Of a DNA stretch of 61,191 bases, positions 25,922-35,839 are shown one piece after another. Made by a program: the position numbers and the translations under genes. A model generated the notes under the pieces. It did no database searches and had not been told where the DNA came from. It saw only the letters and a list, made by a program, of their open reading frames with translations. The stretch spans positions 1 through 61,191 of the forward strand of contig JACIYH010000005.1 of assembly GCA_014360055.1 (NCBI GenBank), read 5' to 3'. Source of the DNA: Bacillota bacterium. GTDB taxonomy: Bacteria > Bacillota > Sulfobacillia > JACIYH01. Each line of letters opens with the position of its first letter. Position 1 is the stretch's first letter.

Positions 25922-27360
25922 CGGAAGGAGCACCCCGGGGGAAGGTAGCATTTGCCACCCTGGGTTGCAAGGTCAACCGGTACGACACCGAAGCCATGGC
26001 CGGGCTCTTCCGCCGGGCGGGGTGGCGGGTAGTGGGCTTCCGCGACGTTGCGGATGTATACGTGGTCAACACCTGCACGGTGACCGCCCGCAGCGAGGCC
26101 GAGTCGCGCCAGTTGGTGAGGCAGTCGCGCCGCCGCAACCCCGGTGCCCTGGTGGTGGTGTGCGGTTGCTATCCCCAGGTTAAGGGGGCAGAGGCGCTCG
26201 CGGCCACCGGCGCGGACGTGGTGCTGGGAACGCGCGGACGGGGTGATATCGTCTCTCTGGTGGAGCGGGCTCTGGGAGGAGAACGGCCCCTGGTGGAGGT
26301 CGAGCCCTTCTCTGCGGACACCGGGGCTGACCGCACCGGTCCCGGCGAGCGCGGCGACCTGTACGGATGGGGTTCGCGGGAGGCGGGCCGGGCGGGGGCC
26401 GGCGAGCCCGGGGAGGCCGAGGCGCCGCCATACGAGGAAGTGCCCGTGGAAAGCGAGGGTCGCACCCGTGCCGTGGTGAAGGTTCAGGAAGGCTGTGACG
26501 TGCGCTGTACATACTGCATCGTCCCCGCCGCCCGGGGACCCGCGCGCAGCCGCGACCCCGGGGCGGCCCTGGCGGAGGTCCGCCGCCTGGTGGCGGCCGG
26601 CTTTCGGGAGGTCGTGCTTACAGGGGTCCAACTCGGTGCTTACGGGCGCGACCGGGGTATGCCGGAGGGCCTGGCCACCCTGGTAAGCCGGATGGCGGCC
26701 ACGGAAGGGTTGTGGAGGTTGCGCCTCAGTTCCCTCGAGCCGATGGACTTGAGCGACCGGCTGCTGGAGGTCATCGCCCGCCACCGGGTGGTGTGCCCCC
26801 ACCTGCACCTTCCCCTGCAGAGCGGCTCGGACCGTATCCTGGCCGCCATGGGGCGCCCCTACCGGGCCGCGGACTATCTGCGCCTGGTGGAGCGGTCGAG
26901 GGAGAAGGTGCCCGGCCTGGCCCTCTCCACCGACGTCATGGTGGGTTTCCCGGGGGAAACGGAGGAGGATTTTGCCGCCACCGTGCGCCTGGTAGAGCAG
27001 GTAGGTTTCATGCGCCTGCACGTGTTCCCCTACTCGCCCCGTCCGGGCACGCCGGCCGCCGCGTTGCCCGCCCGGGTACCCGACCGGGTGAAGGAGGAAA
27101 GGGCACGCGTGTTGCGTGAAGTGGGCGCGCGTCTGGCGCGGGCTTTTGCTCTCCCCTTCGTGGAGCGGGTGGTGGAGGTGCTGGCGGAGCGCGAGCAGGA
27201 GGGCCTGGTGTCGGGGTTGACCCGGCACTACCTGCGCGTCGGCTTCCCCGGCGGAGCGGATCTGGAAGGGAAGCTGGTCGAGGTGCGCGTCACTGCCGTG
27301 ACCGTGGAGGGTGTGCGGGGAGACCTGGTGGGGGTGCTGCCGGGCCCGCGTGAGGAATAG
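25918..27360 (+). CDS. mtaB: tRNA ms2t6A37 methylthiotransferase MtaB
   Basis: TLGCKVN, NTCTVT, CGCYPQ, radical SAM CDVRCTYC, TDVMVGFPGET, HVFPYSPRPGT, TRAM domain. Confidence 0.92.
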   Translation: MTEGAPRGKVAFATLGCKVNRYDTEAMAGLFRRAGWRVVGFRDVADVYVVNTCTVTARSEAESRQLVRQSRRRNPGALVVVCGCYPQVKGAEALAATGADVVLGTRGRGDIVSLVERALGGERPLVEVEPFSADTGADRTGPGERGDLYGWGSREAGRAGAGEPGEAEAPPYEEVPVESEGRTRAVVKVQEGCDVRCTYCIVPAARGPARSRDPGAALAEVRRLVAAGFREVVLTGVQLGAYGRDRGMPEGLATLVSRMAATEGLWRLRLSSLEPMDLSDRLLEVIARHRVVCPHLHLPLQSGSDRILAAMGRPYRAADYLRLVERSREKVPGLALSTDVMVGFPGETEEDFAATVRLVEQVGFMRLHVFPYSPRPGTPAAALPARVPDRVKEERARVLREVGARLARAFALPFVERVVEVLAEREQEGLVSGLTRHYLRVGFPGGADLEGKLVEVRVTAVTVEGVRGDLVGVLPGPREE

Positions 27361-27439
27361 GCCCCCGGCGGTGGACGTGGCCCGGCGCGCGGCGGTGCTG
27401 CGGGGCCACGCGTGAGGAATAGTCTTTGGCGGGGGTGGG

Positions 27440-28567
27440 ATGGTGCCGGCAAAACTGCGCGTGGGCATCCTGTTCGGCGGGCGGTCCGGTGAGCATGAAG
27501 TCTCCCTGATGTCGGCTTCCTCGGTCATTTCCGCCCTGGACCGCGAAAAGTACGATCCCGTGCTGATAGGTATTGACAAGCATGGGCGCTGGCGGTTACT
27601 GCCCCCGCTGCCCAACCAGGTCAACCCGGTCATGCTGGCGGAGGCCCTGGCCCGGGCACCCGTGGTCGCGCTCGCAGGAGATCCCCAGCAACCCCAACTG
27701 TTTGCGCTGGCGGCCGCCAGGGGGGAGGTACCCGCCCAAAAGCTGGACGTGGTGTTTCCCGTCCTGCACGGGACCTACGGTGAGGACGGCACCGTGCAGG
27801 GCCTTCTGGAACTGGCCGGCATCCCCTATGTGGGAGCCGGCGTGCTGGCCTCTGCCCTGGGGATGGACAAGGCCCTCATGAAGCTCGTGTTCTGCGCCCA
27901 GGGGTTGCCGGTGACTCCCTTCCGGGTGGTGTTGAGGTCTCGCTGGGAGAGGGTGCGCGAGGCCGTCCTGCAGGAACTGGAGGAGGCCCTGGGGTACCCC
28001 TGCTTTGTGAAACCGGCCAACCTGGGGTCTTCGGTGGGGGTCACCCGCTGTACCTCCCGGGAGCAGTTGGGCCAGGCCATGGACCACGCCGCCCGCTACG
28101 ACCGTAAGCTGGTGGTGGAAAAAGGGGTGCGCTGCCGGGAACTGGAATGCAGCGTGCTGGGGAACGACGAGCCGGTGGCGTCGGTGGTGGGGGAGATCGT
28201 CCCCGCACGGGAGTTTTATGACTATGCCTCCAAGTACCTGGATCCCCGCACGCGCCTGGTCATCCCCGCCCCGGTGCCCGATGAGGTATCCCGCCAGGTG
28301 CAGGATCTGGCCATCCGGGCGTACCGTGCCATAGACTGCGCTGGCATGGCCCGGGTGGACTTTTTCTGGGACCGGGATACCGGGCAGGTGCTGGTGAACG
28401 AAATCAACACCATCCCCGGGTTCACGGCCGTGAGCATGTACCCGAAGCTTTGGGAGGCGACGGGCCTGTCGTATTCCCACCTCCTGGACCGGCTCATCGA
28501 GCTGGCCCGCGACCGGCACCGGGACATGAACCGCCGCCTGACCAGCTACGTTCCCGAGGCGCATTGA
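27440..28567 (+). CDS. ddl: D-alanine--D-alanine ligase
   Basis: FGGRSGEHEVS, HGTYGEDG, KPANLGSSVG, FYDYASKY, NEINTIPG. Confidence 0.95.
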   Translation: MVPAKLRVGILFGGRSGEHEVSLMSASSVISALDREKYDPVLIGIDKHGRWRLLPPLPNQVNPVMLAEALARAPVVALAGDPQQPQLFALAAARGEVPAQKLDVVFPVLHGTYGEDGTVQGLLELAGIPYVGAGVLASALGMDKALMKLVFCAQGLPVTPFRVVLRSRWERVREAVLQELEEALGYPCFVKPANLGSSVGVTRCTSREQLGQAMDHAARYDRKLVVEKGVRCRELECSVLGNDEPVASVVGEIVPAREFYDYASKYLDPRTRLVIPAPVPDEVSRQVQDLAIRAYRAIDCAGMARVDFFWDRDTGQVLVNEINTIPGFTAVSMYPKLWEATGLSYSHLLDRLIELARDRHRDMNRRLTSYVPEAH

Positions 28568-28586
28568 CATACGTGGGCGAGGCGGA

Positions 28587-28615
28587 TTGACAGGCCCTCC
28601 CGCGTGCCATAGAAT
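28587..28615 (+). promoter_or_regulatory. sigmaA promoter for rpsU
   Basis: TTGACA-N17-TAGAAT. Confidence 0.75.
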
Positions 28616-28677
28616 TGCGTTGTTGGCGCGGGTGGCGTTTGCTCCCCGCCGAGACCGGTCGGGGAGGAGGGATGCAG

Positions 28678-28854
28678 GTGACGGAAGTACGCGTCGGCAA
28701 AGACGAATCCCTCGACAATGCCTTGCGCCGCTTCAAGCGTGAATGCCAGAAGACGGGTATCCTGGCGGAAGTAAGGCGCCGGGAGCACTACGAGAAGCCG
28801 AGTGTCAGGCGGAAGAAGAAATCCAAGGCTGCCCAGCGCAGGAAGCACCGTTGA
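28678..28854 (+). CDS. rpsU: 30S ribosomal protein S21
   Basis: [38 protein letters not shown]; RBS GGAGGAGG. Confidence 0.95.
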   Translation: MTEVRVGKDESLDNALRRFKRECQKTGILAEVRRREHYEKPSVRRKKKSKAAQRRKHR

Positions 28855-28874
28855 CCAAACGGTGCCGGAAAAGG

Positions 28875-28911
28875 CGGCCAGTCCCCCGGGGGACTGGCCG
28901 ATAACTCTTTT
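28875..28911 (+). terminator. Hairpin/putative terminator after rpsU
   Basis: CGGCCAGTCCCCC/GGGGGACTGGCCG palindrome followed by ATAACTCTTTT. Confidence 0.55.
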
Positions 28912-28980
28912 GGGGGGCTGCTTCGCCTGGGGGCTCCCCCAACCGGGGGCCCGCTCCGGCCCCCGCGGGGCGGTGACGAG

Positions 28981-30705
28981 GTGCCCAAGGCCTGGGTTGA
29001 GGGAGGTCGCTTACGGGTCGAACACCCCGAGGAGGGACCGTACCCGGTGGTGGTCCCCTGCCCGGGGGTGGACCTCTATGTAAACGGCAGACGCCAGGAC
29101 GGGCCGGCGGAGGTACGCGGGGACGATCACGTGGAGGCGCAGCCCCGCGATGAGGAGCGGCCCGGCACCTGGCGGCTGGAAGTCACGCCGGACGGCATGG
29201 AGGCGGCGGTGGTGGTAACCCCCACCGTATCCGTGCGGCGCACCCTCGCCTACCTGCCCCCTTCACCGAGGCTGCGGCTGCAGGTGAGGGAAGAGATCAC
29301 CGCCCGATCGCCGGTGGGGGCGGCGGAGGTGCGGGAGGCGCTGGCCCGGGCCGGGGTGAGCTTCGGCCTGGACGAAGGAGCCATCGCCTCCGTGGGGCAG
29401 GTCGACCGGGATACGAGGCTGGTAGTGGCACGTGGCCGGCCCCCGGTGCCCGGTCGGGATGCCCGCGTCGAACTCTTCTTCCCGGAGGAAGAGCGCGTGC
29501 CGGTCGCCCACGGCGGGGACGCGGCTGACCTTCGCCTCCGCTTTACCTTCACCTCGGTGGCGCCGGGCGAGGTGCTGGCCCGGCGCCATCCCCCCGAGCC
29601 AGGCCGGCCCGGAACCACGGTGAGGGGCGAGGAGGTGGCGGTCAAGCCGCCGCGGGACCTGGCACTGGTCGCCGGGCGGGGTGCCGAGTTGAGCCCGGAC
29701 GGCCAGGAGGTGAGGGCTACTTCCCGGGGGCGTCCCGTCTCGACGCGCAAGGGCGGGCGGGCGCTGGTCTACGTAGTATCCGAATTGACCCACCCCCGCG
29801 ACGTCGACCTCTCCAGCGGGCACATCCACTTCAAGGGTGATGTCAAAGTGGGGGGCGGCGTCCTCGAGGGCATGGAGGTAATAGCCCTCGGTACCGTGGA
29901 AGTGGGCGGAAGCGTGATGCGAGCCCGCGTGGTAGGCGGCGGCGGGGTCAGGGTGGGACGGGGTATCGTCTCCAGCACCGTGGTGGCGGGACAGGAGGCG
30001 GGGTGGGCGTCCTCTCTGCTTCCTCTGGGAGCCGCGGTGGCCAATCAGGTGGGGGAACTGGAGGAGGCGCTCTACCGGCTCCTGGCCGAGGCCCCGGTAC
30101 CGCCGGGACCCGCCCTGCGCCTGTTGCTGGACACCCGCTTCGGACAACTGGCAGCAGGGCTGGGCAGGCTGGCGTCTGGGTACGCGGATCTCCCCCGCCG
30201 GGAGCGGGAGGCGGACGTGGAGGCGGTGCTGCAGGGCCTGCAGCGGATACTGGCGGCACCCCTGGGCCTGCGGGACGCGGAGGAACTGGGGAGACTCGGC
30301 GCCGCTTTGCGCCGGTGGACCATGGAACTGGAGGGCGCGGTTCGTCCTGACGCCTCCCTGAGGTGCAATTACGCCATGAACTCGACCTTGCAGGCGACCG
30401 GGGACATCCTGGTGTTGGGAAATGGCTGCCATAGCAGCCGCCTGCTGGCGGGGGGTTCCGTGCGCGTGGAGAGGGTCTTCCGGGGTGGGGAAATCCAGGC
30501 GGGCGGCGGGGTGTGGGCGGGAGAACTGGGGTCCCCGGGCGTCCCCACCCGGGTGCGGGTGCCCGCTTCCGGGTGGGTGAAGCTGGGGCGGGTGGCCGAG
30601 GACAGCGTGGTGCAGGTGGGCGAGCGATCCCACCGTTTCCTGGCGGAGGAACGGAAGGTGGGCCTGCGCCTCGATCACCAGGGAGAGTTGGAGTTCTTCT
30701 GGTAG
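28981..30705 (+). CDS. DUF342/FapA family protein
   Basis: VSFGLD, VARGRPPVPGRDA, DVDLSSGHIHFKGDVKVGGGV and beta-helix repeats. Confidence 0.8.
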   Translation: MPKAWVEGGRLRVEHPEEGPYPVVVPCPGVDLYVNGRRQDGPAEVRGDDHVEAQPRDEERPGTWRLEVTPDGMEAAVVVTPTVSVRRTLAYLPPSPRLRLQVREEITARSPVGAAEVREALARAGVSFGLDEGAIASVGQVDRDTRLVVARGRPPVPGRDARVELFFPEEERVPVAHGGDAADLRLRFTFTSVAPGEVLARRHPPEPGRPGTTVRGEEVAVKPPRDLALVAGRGAELSPDGQEVRATSRGRPVSTRKGGRALVYVVSELTHPRDVDLSSGHIHFKGDVKVGGGVLEGMEVIALGTVEVGGSVMRARVVGGGGVRVGRGIVSSTVVAGQEAGWASSLLPLGAAVANQVGELEEALYRLLAEAPVPPGPALRLLLDTRFGQLAAGLGRLASGYADLPRREREADVEAVLQGLQRILAAPLGLRDAEELGRLGAALRRWTMELEGAVRPDASLRCNYAMNSTLQATGDILVLGNGCHSSRLLAGGSVRVERVFRGGEIQAGGGVWAGELGSPGVPTRVRVPASGWVKLGRVAEDSVVQVGERSHRFLAEERKVGLRLDHQGELEFFW

Positions 30706-30785
30706 TTGGCCGCGTGCGCGGGCGCGCGCCCTGGTGGCGTGGGGATGGGGCCGATGTGTGCATAGATTAGAGCCGGGGATGTTGT

Positions 30786-31064
30786 TTGCCGGAGCGACGG
30801 CGCGGCCGCCTGGGCGAGCGGGTGGCCGAGGTGCTGGAGTTACCCCGGGAGGTGGTCTTCCACGTCCCCCGGCTGGTGATGGTGGGGAACCTGCACCTCA
30901 CCATCGAGAACCACCGGGGGGTGGTGGAGTTTGGCCGGGATCGGCTGGTGGTGGGCCTGGGGGAAGGCCAGGTCACGGTAGAGGGCGAGGACCTTGCCAT
31001 CGTCCGCATCGGGCGCGAGGAGATGGCGGTGGCCGGGCGCATCAGCTGTCTGCGCTTTTCCTGA
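30786..31064 (+). CDS. yqfC: Sporulation protein YqfC/YabP family
   Basis: LELPREVVFHVPRLVMVGN..IENHRGVVEF; located upstream of yqfD. Confidence 0.88.
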   Translation: MPERRRGRLGERVAEVLELPREVVFHVPRLVMVGNLHLTIENHRGVVEFGRDRLVVGLGEGQVTVEGEDLAIVRIGREEMAVAGRISCLRFS

Positions 31065-31082
31065 CCGGGGGAAGAGCGTGCC

Positions 31083-32264
31083 ATGAGACTCCTGCTTTTG
31101 TGGCCCAGTGGCTTTGTCCGGGTGGTGGTGAGCGGCGCCGCACCGGAGCGGTTCGTCAACCTGGCCGCGCGCCGCGGCATCCCGCTCTGGCAATTGCGCG
31201 AAGAGGGTCACTGTATCCGGGGTGTGATGGCGGCTGCACATTTTTTGCGCATCCGTCCCCTGGCCAGGCGCTCGCGCTGCCGGGTGCACGTTCAGGCCCG
31301 GGCCGGTCTTCCCTTCGTGTGGCGCAAGGTGGTACGGAGGCCGGGGCTGGTGGCGGGGGCCCTGGCGGCGCTGGCCCTCATCATGACCGCGGGCAGCACG
31401 GTACTGTTCGTCGAGGTGAGCGGCGCGTCCGCCGGCCACCGGGAGGAGATCCTGGCCGTCGCCCACCGGGCAGGCCTGCGTCCCCCCATACCCCGGTTTC
31501 TCCTCAACGGTGCCGCCCTGGAGGAGGAGGTGGCTGCCTCCCTTCCCTACGTGTCCTGGGCGAGGCTGACCTTTCAGGGTACCCTGGCCCGGCTGGAGGT
31601 GGGGGAGCAGGAGTTGCCGCCTCCACCACCACCCCCGACGGGACCGGCCGACGTGGTTGCCACCAAGCCGGGGGAACTGGTCTACCTCCTGCCCCTCATG
31701 GGCGTGGCCCGGGTACAGGCCGGGCAGCGGGTGGTGGCCGGGCAGGTGCTCATTTCGGGAGTCATCCCCGGACGCAAGGGGGGTGAGAAGGAGACGGGGC
31801 CGCCCCGGCTGGTCAGTGCCCGCGGCGTCTGCCTGGCACGGGTCGCTTACCAGGCCGTGGTGCGGCTGCCATGCCACGAAGTGGTGCTTCGTCCCACCGG
31901 GCGCACCTGGCACGGGTGGGTTGTGCTCGTGGCGGGAAAGGAGATAGTATTGAGGGGGAAGGTACCCTTTGAGCTTTACCATACCTCCCGGACCCGGGCC
32001 GTGCTGGGCGGCAGGAATGGAAAACCTGCCGTCGAAGTCATAAGGACGACCTACCATGAGGTGGAACCGGTGACTTTCGTGCGCACGCCCGGGGAGGCGG
32101 CCCTGGCCGCCCGGGATAAGGCCCTGGCAGAGGTGCTCTCCCAGGTGCCGCCCGGAGCGGAAAGGGAGGTGATCGAGGCAGAAGTGGAGGTGCGGGACGA
32201 GGGTGCCACCGCCCGGGTGACCGCATTCACCATCGAGGAGATCGGTCGTGTGATGCCCCGCTGA
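31083..32264 (+). CDS. yqfD: Stage IV sporulation protein YqfD
   Basis: PERFVNLA..GIPLW, GLPF, PADVVATKPG, GQVLISG; synteny yqfC-yqfD-phoH. Confidence 0.85.
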   Translation: MRLLLLWPSGFVRVVVSGAAPERFVNLAARRGIPLWQLREEGHCIRGVMAAAHFLRIRPLARRSRCRVHVQARAGLPFVWRKVVRRPGLVAGALAALALIMTAGSTVLFVEVSGASAGHREEILAVAHRAGLRPPIPRFLLNGAALEEEVAASLPYVSWARLTFQGTLARLEVGEQELPPPPPPPTGPADVVATKPGELVYLLPLMGVARVQAGQRVVAGQVLISGVIPGRKGGEKETGPPRLVSARGVCLARVAYQAVVRLPCHEVVLRPTGRTWHGWVVLVAGKEIVLRGKVPFELYHTSRTRAVLGGRNGKPAVEVIRTTYHEVEPVTFVRTPGEAALAARDKALAEVLSQVPPGAEREVIEAEVEVRDEGATARVTAFTIEEIGRVMPR

Positions 32265-32290
32265 GCATTAGGGGAGGGAAAGGACGGGTA

Positions 32291-33274
32291 TTGGACACAT
32301 CCGGGGTAACCAGCGAGCGGCTGCGCCTCAACGATTCCCAGGAGGCGCTGCATCTGTTTGGTCAGAACGATGCACACCTGCGCGCCATCGAGGAGCAATT
32401 TCAGGTCAGGTTGCAGAGCAGGGGAAGCGAGGTGGTGGTGACCGGCCCTGAAGAGGAGGTGGCCAGGGTGACCCAGCTTCTCCATCACCTGCTCCCCATG
32501 GCCCGGGAGGGGACCCTGGACAGCCACGACGTGGCCTATGCGATCAGGCTGGCCCGGGAGGGTAACGAGGGTGCCCTGGCCGCCCTGCGCGGTGATACGG
32601 TGATCACGACCTACCGGGGGAAGGCCATCCGGCCCAAGTCGGTGGGGCAGAAGAAGTACGTGGAGGCGATCCGCAATCACGGTATCACCTTCGGGATCGG
32701 TCCCGCGGGCACCGGCAAGACCTACCTGGCGGTGGCGGTGGCGGTGGCCGCTTACAAGGCCAAGGAATGTACCCGCATCGTGCTCACCCGTCCCGCCGTG
32801 GAGGCGGGGGAGAAGCTGGGTTTTCTGCCGGGGGGTCTGGCGGAGAAGGTGAACCCGTACCTGAGGCCCCTCTATGACGCCCTCTTCGACATCCTGGGGG
32901 TGGAGGCCTTCGAGCGTCTGCTGGGGAGGAACCTGATCGAGGTGGCGCCCCTGGCCTACATGCGCGGTCGCACCCTGGATGACTCTTTCATCATCCTTGA
33001 CGAGGCCCAGAACACCACCGCCGAGCAGATGAAGATGTTCCTCACCAGGCTGGGGCTGGGTTCACGGGCGGTGGTGACGGGTGACATCACCCAGGTGGAC
33101 CTGCCCAAGGGGCAGGTATCCGGCCTGGAGGAAGCCCGCCGGGTGCTGGCGGACGTGGAAGGGATCGCCTTCGTCTACCTGACCGAGGAAGACGTGGTCA
33201 GGCATGAACTGGTGACCAGGATCATCAAGGCTTACGAGCGCTGGGACAGGGAAAAGGGAGGTCAGGGGGGTTGA
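32291..33274 (+). CDS. phoH: PhoH-like ATPase
   Basis: GPAGTGKTYLA, RPAVEAGEKLGFLPG, LAYMRGRTL, DEAQN. Confidence 0.95.
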   Translation: MDTSGVTSERLRLNDSQEALHLFGQNDAHLRAIEEQFQVRLQSRGSEVVVTGPEEEVARVTQLLHHLLPMAREGTLDSHDVAYAIRLAREGNEGALAALRGDTVITTYRGKAIRPKSVGQKKYVEAIRNHGITFGIGPAGTGKTYLAVAVAVAAYKAKECTRIVLTRPAVEAGEKLGFLPGGLAEKVNPYLRPLYDALFDILGVEAFERLLGRNLIEVAPLAYMRGRTLDDSFIILDEAQNTTAEQMKMFLTRLGLGSRAVVTGDITQVDLPKGQVSGLEEARRVLADVEGIAFVYLTEEDVVRHELVTRIIKAYERWDREKGGQGG

Positions 33275-35466
33275 CCGCCTTCCGCTGGCAGAAGGCATCC
33301 GGGCTCTCCTGGCGCAGGGCGGGTTGGGGCGTGCTCTTCCTGATCCTGTGGGCGGCGGTGTTTTACGCCGACATCATCCCGCGTCCCCTCAACCTGCAGG
33401 AAGGCCAGCTGGCGCCCGAGACCATCCGGGCTCCCCGCCAGGTAGTGGACCGGGTGCGTACCGAGCAGTTGCGCCAGGAGGCCGCGGCCGCGGTCCCCGA
33501 TGTCTTCGACCTCGACCCGCGGGCCACCGCGGAGGCCGAGCGGGCCGTGAGTGACGCTTTCGCCCGCGTGCGGGAGGTGGCCGGCCAGCCCGGCAAGCCG
33601 GAAGAAAAGGCTGCCCTTCTGGCCCGGGAACTGGGCGTGGAGGACCGGGCGGCCGTGCTGGCGGCGCTCGCCGCCGACCCCGCCCAACTGGACGTGGTGG
33701 AGGCCTGGGCCAGGGACACCCTGGTGTCGGTGATGCAGGTGGGCGTGCGGGAGGAGAACCTGGACGCGGCCCGCCAGCAGGTGAGACAGCGGGTGGACGC
33801 GTTGCGCCAGCCGCGCGACCTCAAGAACTTCGCCGCCGAGGTGGCGGCTGCCCGGGTGCGCCCCAACCTGGTTTTCAACGCCAGTGACACGGAAGCCAGG
33901 CGGCAGCTGGCCCGCGAACAGGTGCGGCCCGTGTACGTCCAGCGCGGGGATGTGGTTTTGCGCAAGGGGGAGCTTGTGACCTCCGCCCACCTGGTTCTCC
34001 TGCGGGACCTGGGCCTCATGCAGGGCGGGGGGAACTGGCTCATCGGCGCCGGCTCCCTGCTGCTGGCCCTCCTGCTGGGGGGAATCCTGCTCTTCTTCCT
34101 GCGGGCGTTTACTCCCGCGGTATGGCAATCGGAGAACCTGCTGGTCCTCGTGGGCCTGGTGCTTTCGGTGGCTCTGGTGATGGGGCACCTGGTGCGGGGG
34201 GTCTCGGGGCACCTGACACCGGTAGCCACGGCCACCGTGCTGCTGGCGGTGCTGGTGAAGCCGGAGGTGGCGTTGATCTCCGCCCCCATCCTGGCCGTAG
34301 GGGTGGCAGCGATCAACGGGCTCCACGCCGAGTTCGGTATCACCAACCTCTTCGGAGCCCTGGTAGGGGCCTACGCGGTGGGGCGGATCAGCCAGCGTAC
34401 CGATTTCCTGCGCGCTGGGTTCCTGGCCGGCATGGGGCAGCTGGGGGCGGCGGTGGCACTCAGCCTGGTGGGGGGTCTGGCCCAGGATACCCTGGCGGTC
34501 TGGCAGGTGTACCTGTTCTCTTTCCTGAGCGGGCCCACCGCGGGCATACTGGCCGTGGGCCTGCTACCCTTCCTGGAGACCGCCTTCGGGGTGGTGACCC
34601 CCATCAAACTGCTGGAACTGTCCAGCCCCAACCACCCGCTGCTGCGGAGGTTGCTGGTGGAAGCCCCCGGCACTTATCACCATTCCATCCTGGTGGCCAA
34701 CCTGGCCGACGCGGGGGCGGAGGCGGTGGGTGCCGACGGGCTGCTGGCCCGGGTGGGCGCTTACTACCACGACGTGGGCAAGATCAGACGCCCGTATTTC
34801 TTCATCGAAAACCAGATGGGGCAGGACAACCCGCACGAGAAGATGTCCCCGGCCCTGTCTGCGGTGGTGATCACCGCCCACGTCAAGGACGGGCTGGAAC
34901 TCGCCCGTGAGTACCGGCTGCCCCCCAGTGTCGCCGCTTTCATCGCCGAGCACCACGGCGACTCGCTGGTTTCGTACTTCTACAGCCGGGCGGCCGAGAA
35001 CGGCGCTCCCGTCGAAGAACAGGGCTTCCGCCACCAGGGCCCCCGGCCCCAGTCGCGGGAGACGGCCATCGTGATGCTGGCCGACGCGGTGGAGGCTGCC
35101 GTACGTGCCCTTCCCGACCCCACGCCTGCAGCCATCGAGGGAGTGGTGCGCAGGATAATCAGGGAACGCCTGCAGGACCGACAGCTGGATCAGGCCCCCC
35201 TCACCCTGCGGGACCTGGACCGGGTGGCGGCGGCCTTCGTGCGCGTCCTGAGCGGGATCTACCACCCCCGCATCGAGTATCCGGAAGGGAAGGGGGAGGG
35301 CGATGAGGGCAAGGGTCGCGGTGACGCGGGAACCGGGGGTGACGGTGCCCCGCGGGACGGTGCGGCTGGTACGGGCGGCGGTGGGGCTGGCCCTGGAGAG
35401 GGCGGGGAAACCCGTACCGGTGAGCGTGGCCCTGGTGAGCGACGAGAGGATACGGGAACTGAATAG
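33271..35466 (+). CDS. pgpH: 7TM-HD phosphohydrolase (PgpH-like c-di-AMP phosphodiesterase)
   Basis: Extracellular domain plus multiple TM helices; EAPGTYHHS, YYHDVGK, FIENQ, HHG, MLADAVEAA. Confidence 0.88.
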   Translation: MTAFRWQKASGLSWRRAGWGVLFLILWAAVFYADIIPRPLNLQEGQLAPETIRAPRQVVDRVRTEQLRQEAAAAVPDVFDLDPRATAEAERAVSDAFARVREVAGQPGKPEEKAALLARELGVEDRAAVLAALAADPAQLDVVEAWARDTLVSVMQVGVREENLDAARQQVRQRVDALRQPRDLKNFAAEVAAARVRPNLVFNASDTEARRQLAREQVRPVYVQRGDVVLRKGELVTSAHLVLLRDLGLMQGGGNWLIGAGSLLLALLLGGILLFFLRAFTPAVWQSENLLVLVGLVLSVALVMGHLVRGVSGHLTPVATATVLLAVLVKPEVALISAPILAVGVAAINGLHAEFGITNLFGALVGAYAVGRISQRTDFLRAGFLAGMGQLGAAVALSLVGGLAQDTLAVWQVYLFSFLSGPTAGILAVGLLPFLETAFGVVTPIKLLELSSPNHPLLRRLLVEAPGTYHHSILVANLADAGAEAVGADGLLARVGAYYHDVGKIRRPYFFIENQMGQDNPHEKMSPALSAVVITAHVKDGLELAREYRLPPSVAAFIAEHHGDSLVSYFYSRAAENGAPVEEQGFRHQGPRPQSRETAIVMLADAVEAAVRALPDPTPAAIEGVVRRIIRERLQDRQLDQAPLTLRDLDRVAAAFVRVLSGIYHPRIEYPEGKGEGDEGKGRGDAGTGGDGAPRDGAAGTGGGGAGPGEGGETRTGERGPGERREDTGTE

Positions 35467-35764
35467 CCGTTTCCTCGGGCGGGACCGTCCCACCGACGTG
35501 CTCGCCTTCCCCCTGGGGGGCGATGCCCCCGGTGCCTGGGGTGAGGTGGTGGTTTCCGCGGACACCGCCCGGCGGCATGCGGAAGAGAGGAATGGTGACC
35601 TCCAGGAAGAATTGGTACTTCTGGCCGTTCACGGTGTCCTGCACCTGCTGGGACGGGATGACGACACCCCCGCGGCCTGGCAGAGCATGATGGCCGAGGC
35701 CACCGACATCGTGGCCGAGGCCAGGGACATCGTGGCCGCCCGCCCGGAGGAACGGCATACATAG
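35303..35764 (+). CDS. ybeY: rRNA maturation endoribonuclease YbeY
   Basis: LNSRFLGRDRPTDVLAFP, HGVLHLLGRDD (the third His of HxxxHxxGxDH appears as D). Confidence 0.85.
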   Translation: MRARVAVTREPGVTVPRGTVRLVRAAVGLALERAGKPVPVSVALVSDERIRELNSRFLGRDRPTDVLAFPLGGDAPGAWGEVVVSADTARRHAEERNGDLQEELVLLAVHGVLHLLGRDDDTPAAWQSMMAEATDIVAEARDIVAARPEERHT

Positions 35765-35839
35765 GTGACGCGGGCAGAGGGCGGTCCGACCTGACCTACC
35801 GACCGGACCCCGGGCGGAGCGGTATGCAGGGCGGAGGCG

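Noticed and set aside
27440-28567. Vancomycin-resistance D-Ala-D-Lac ligase
   Set aside because: The omega loop reads FYDYASKY, typical of D-Ala-D-Ala ligases, and there are no van genes nearby.
30761-30768. sigmaE promoter for yqfCD (CATAGATT)
   Set aside because: The -10-like element is plausible, but no matching -35 element is visible, so it is not reported as a feature.
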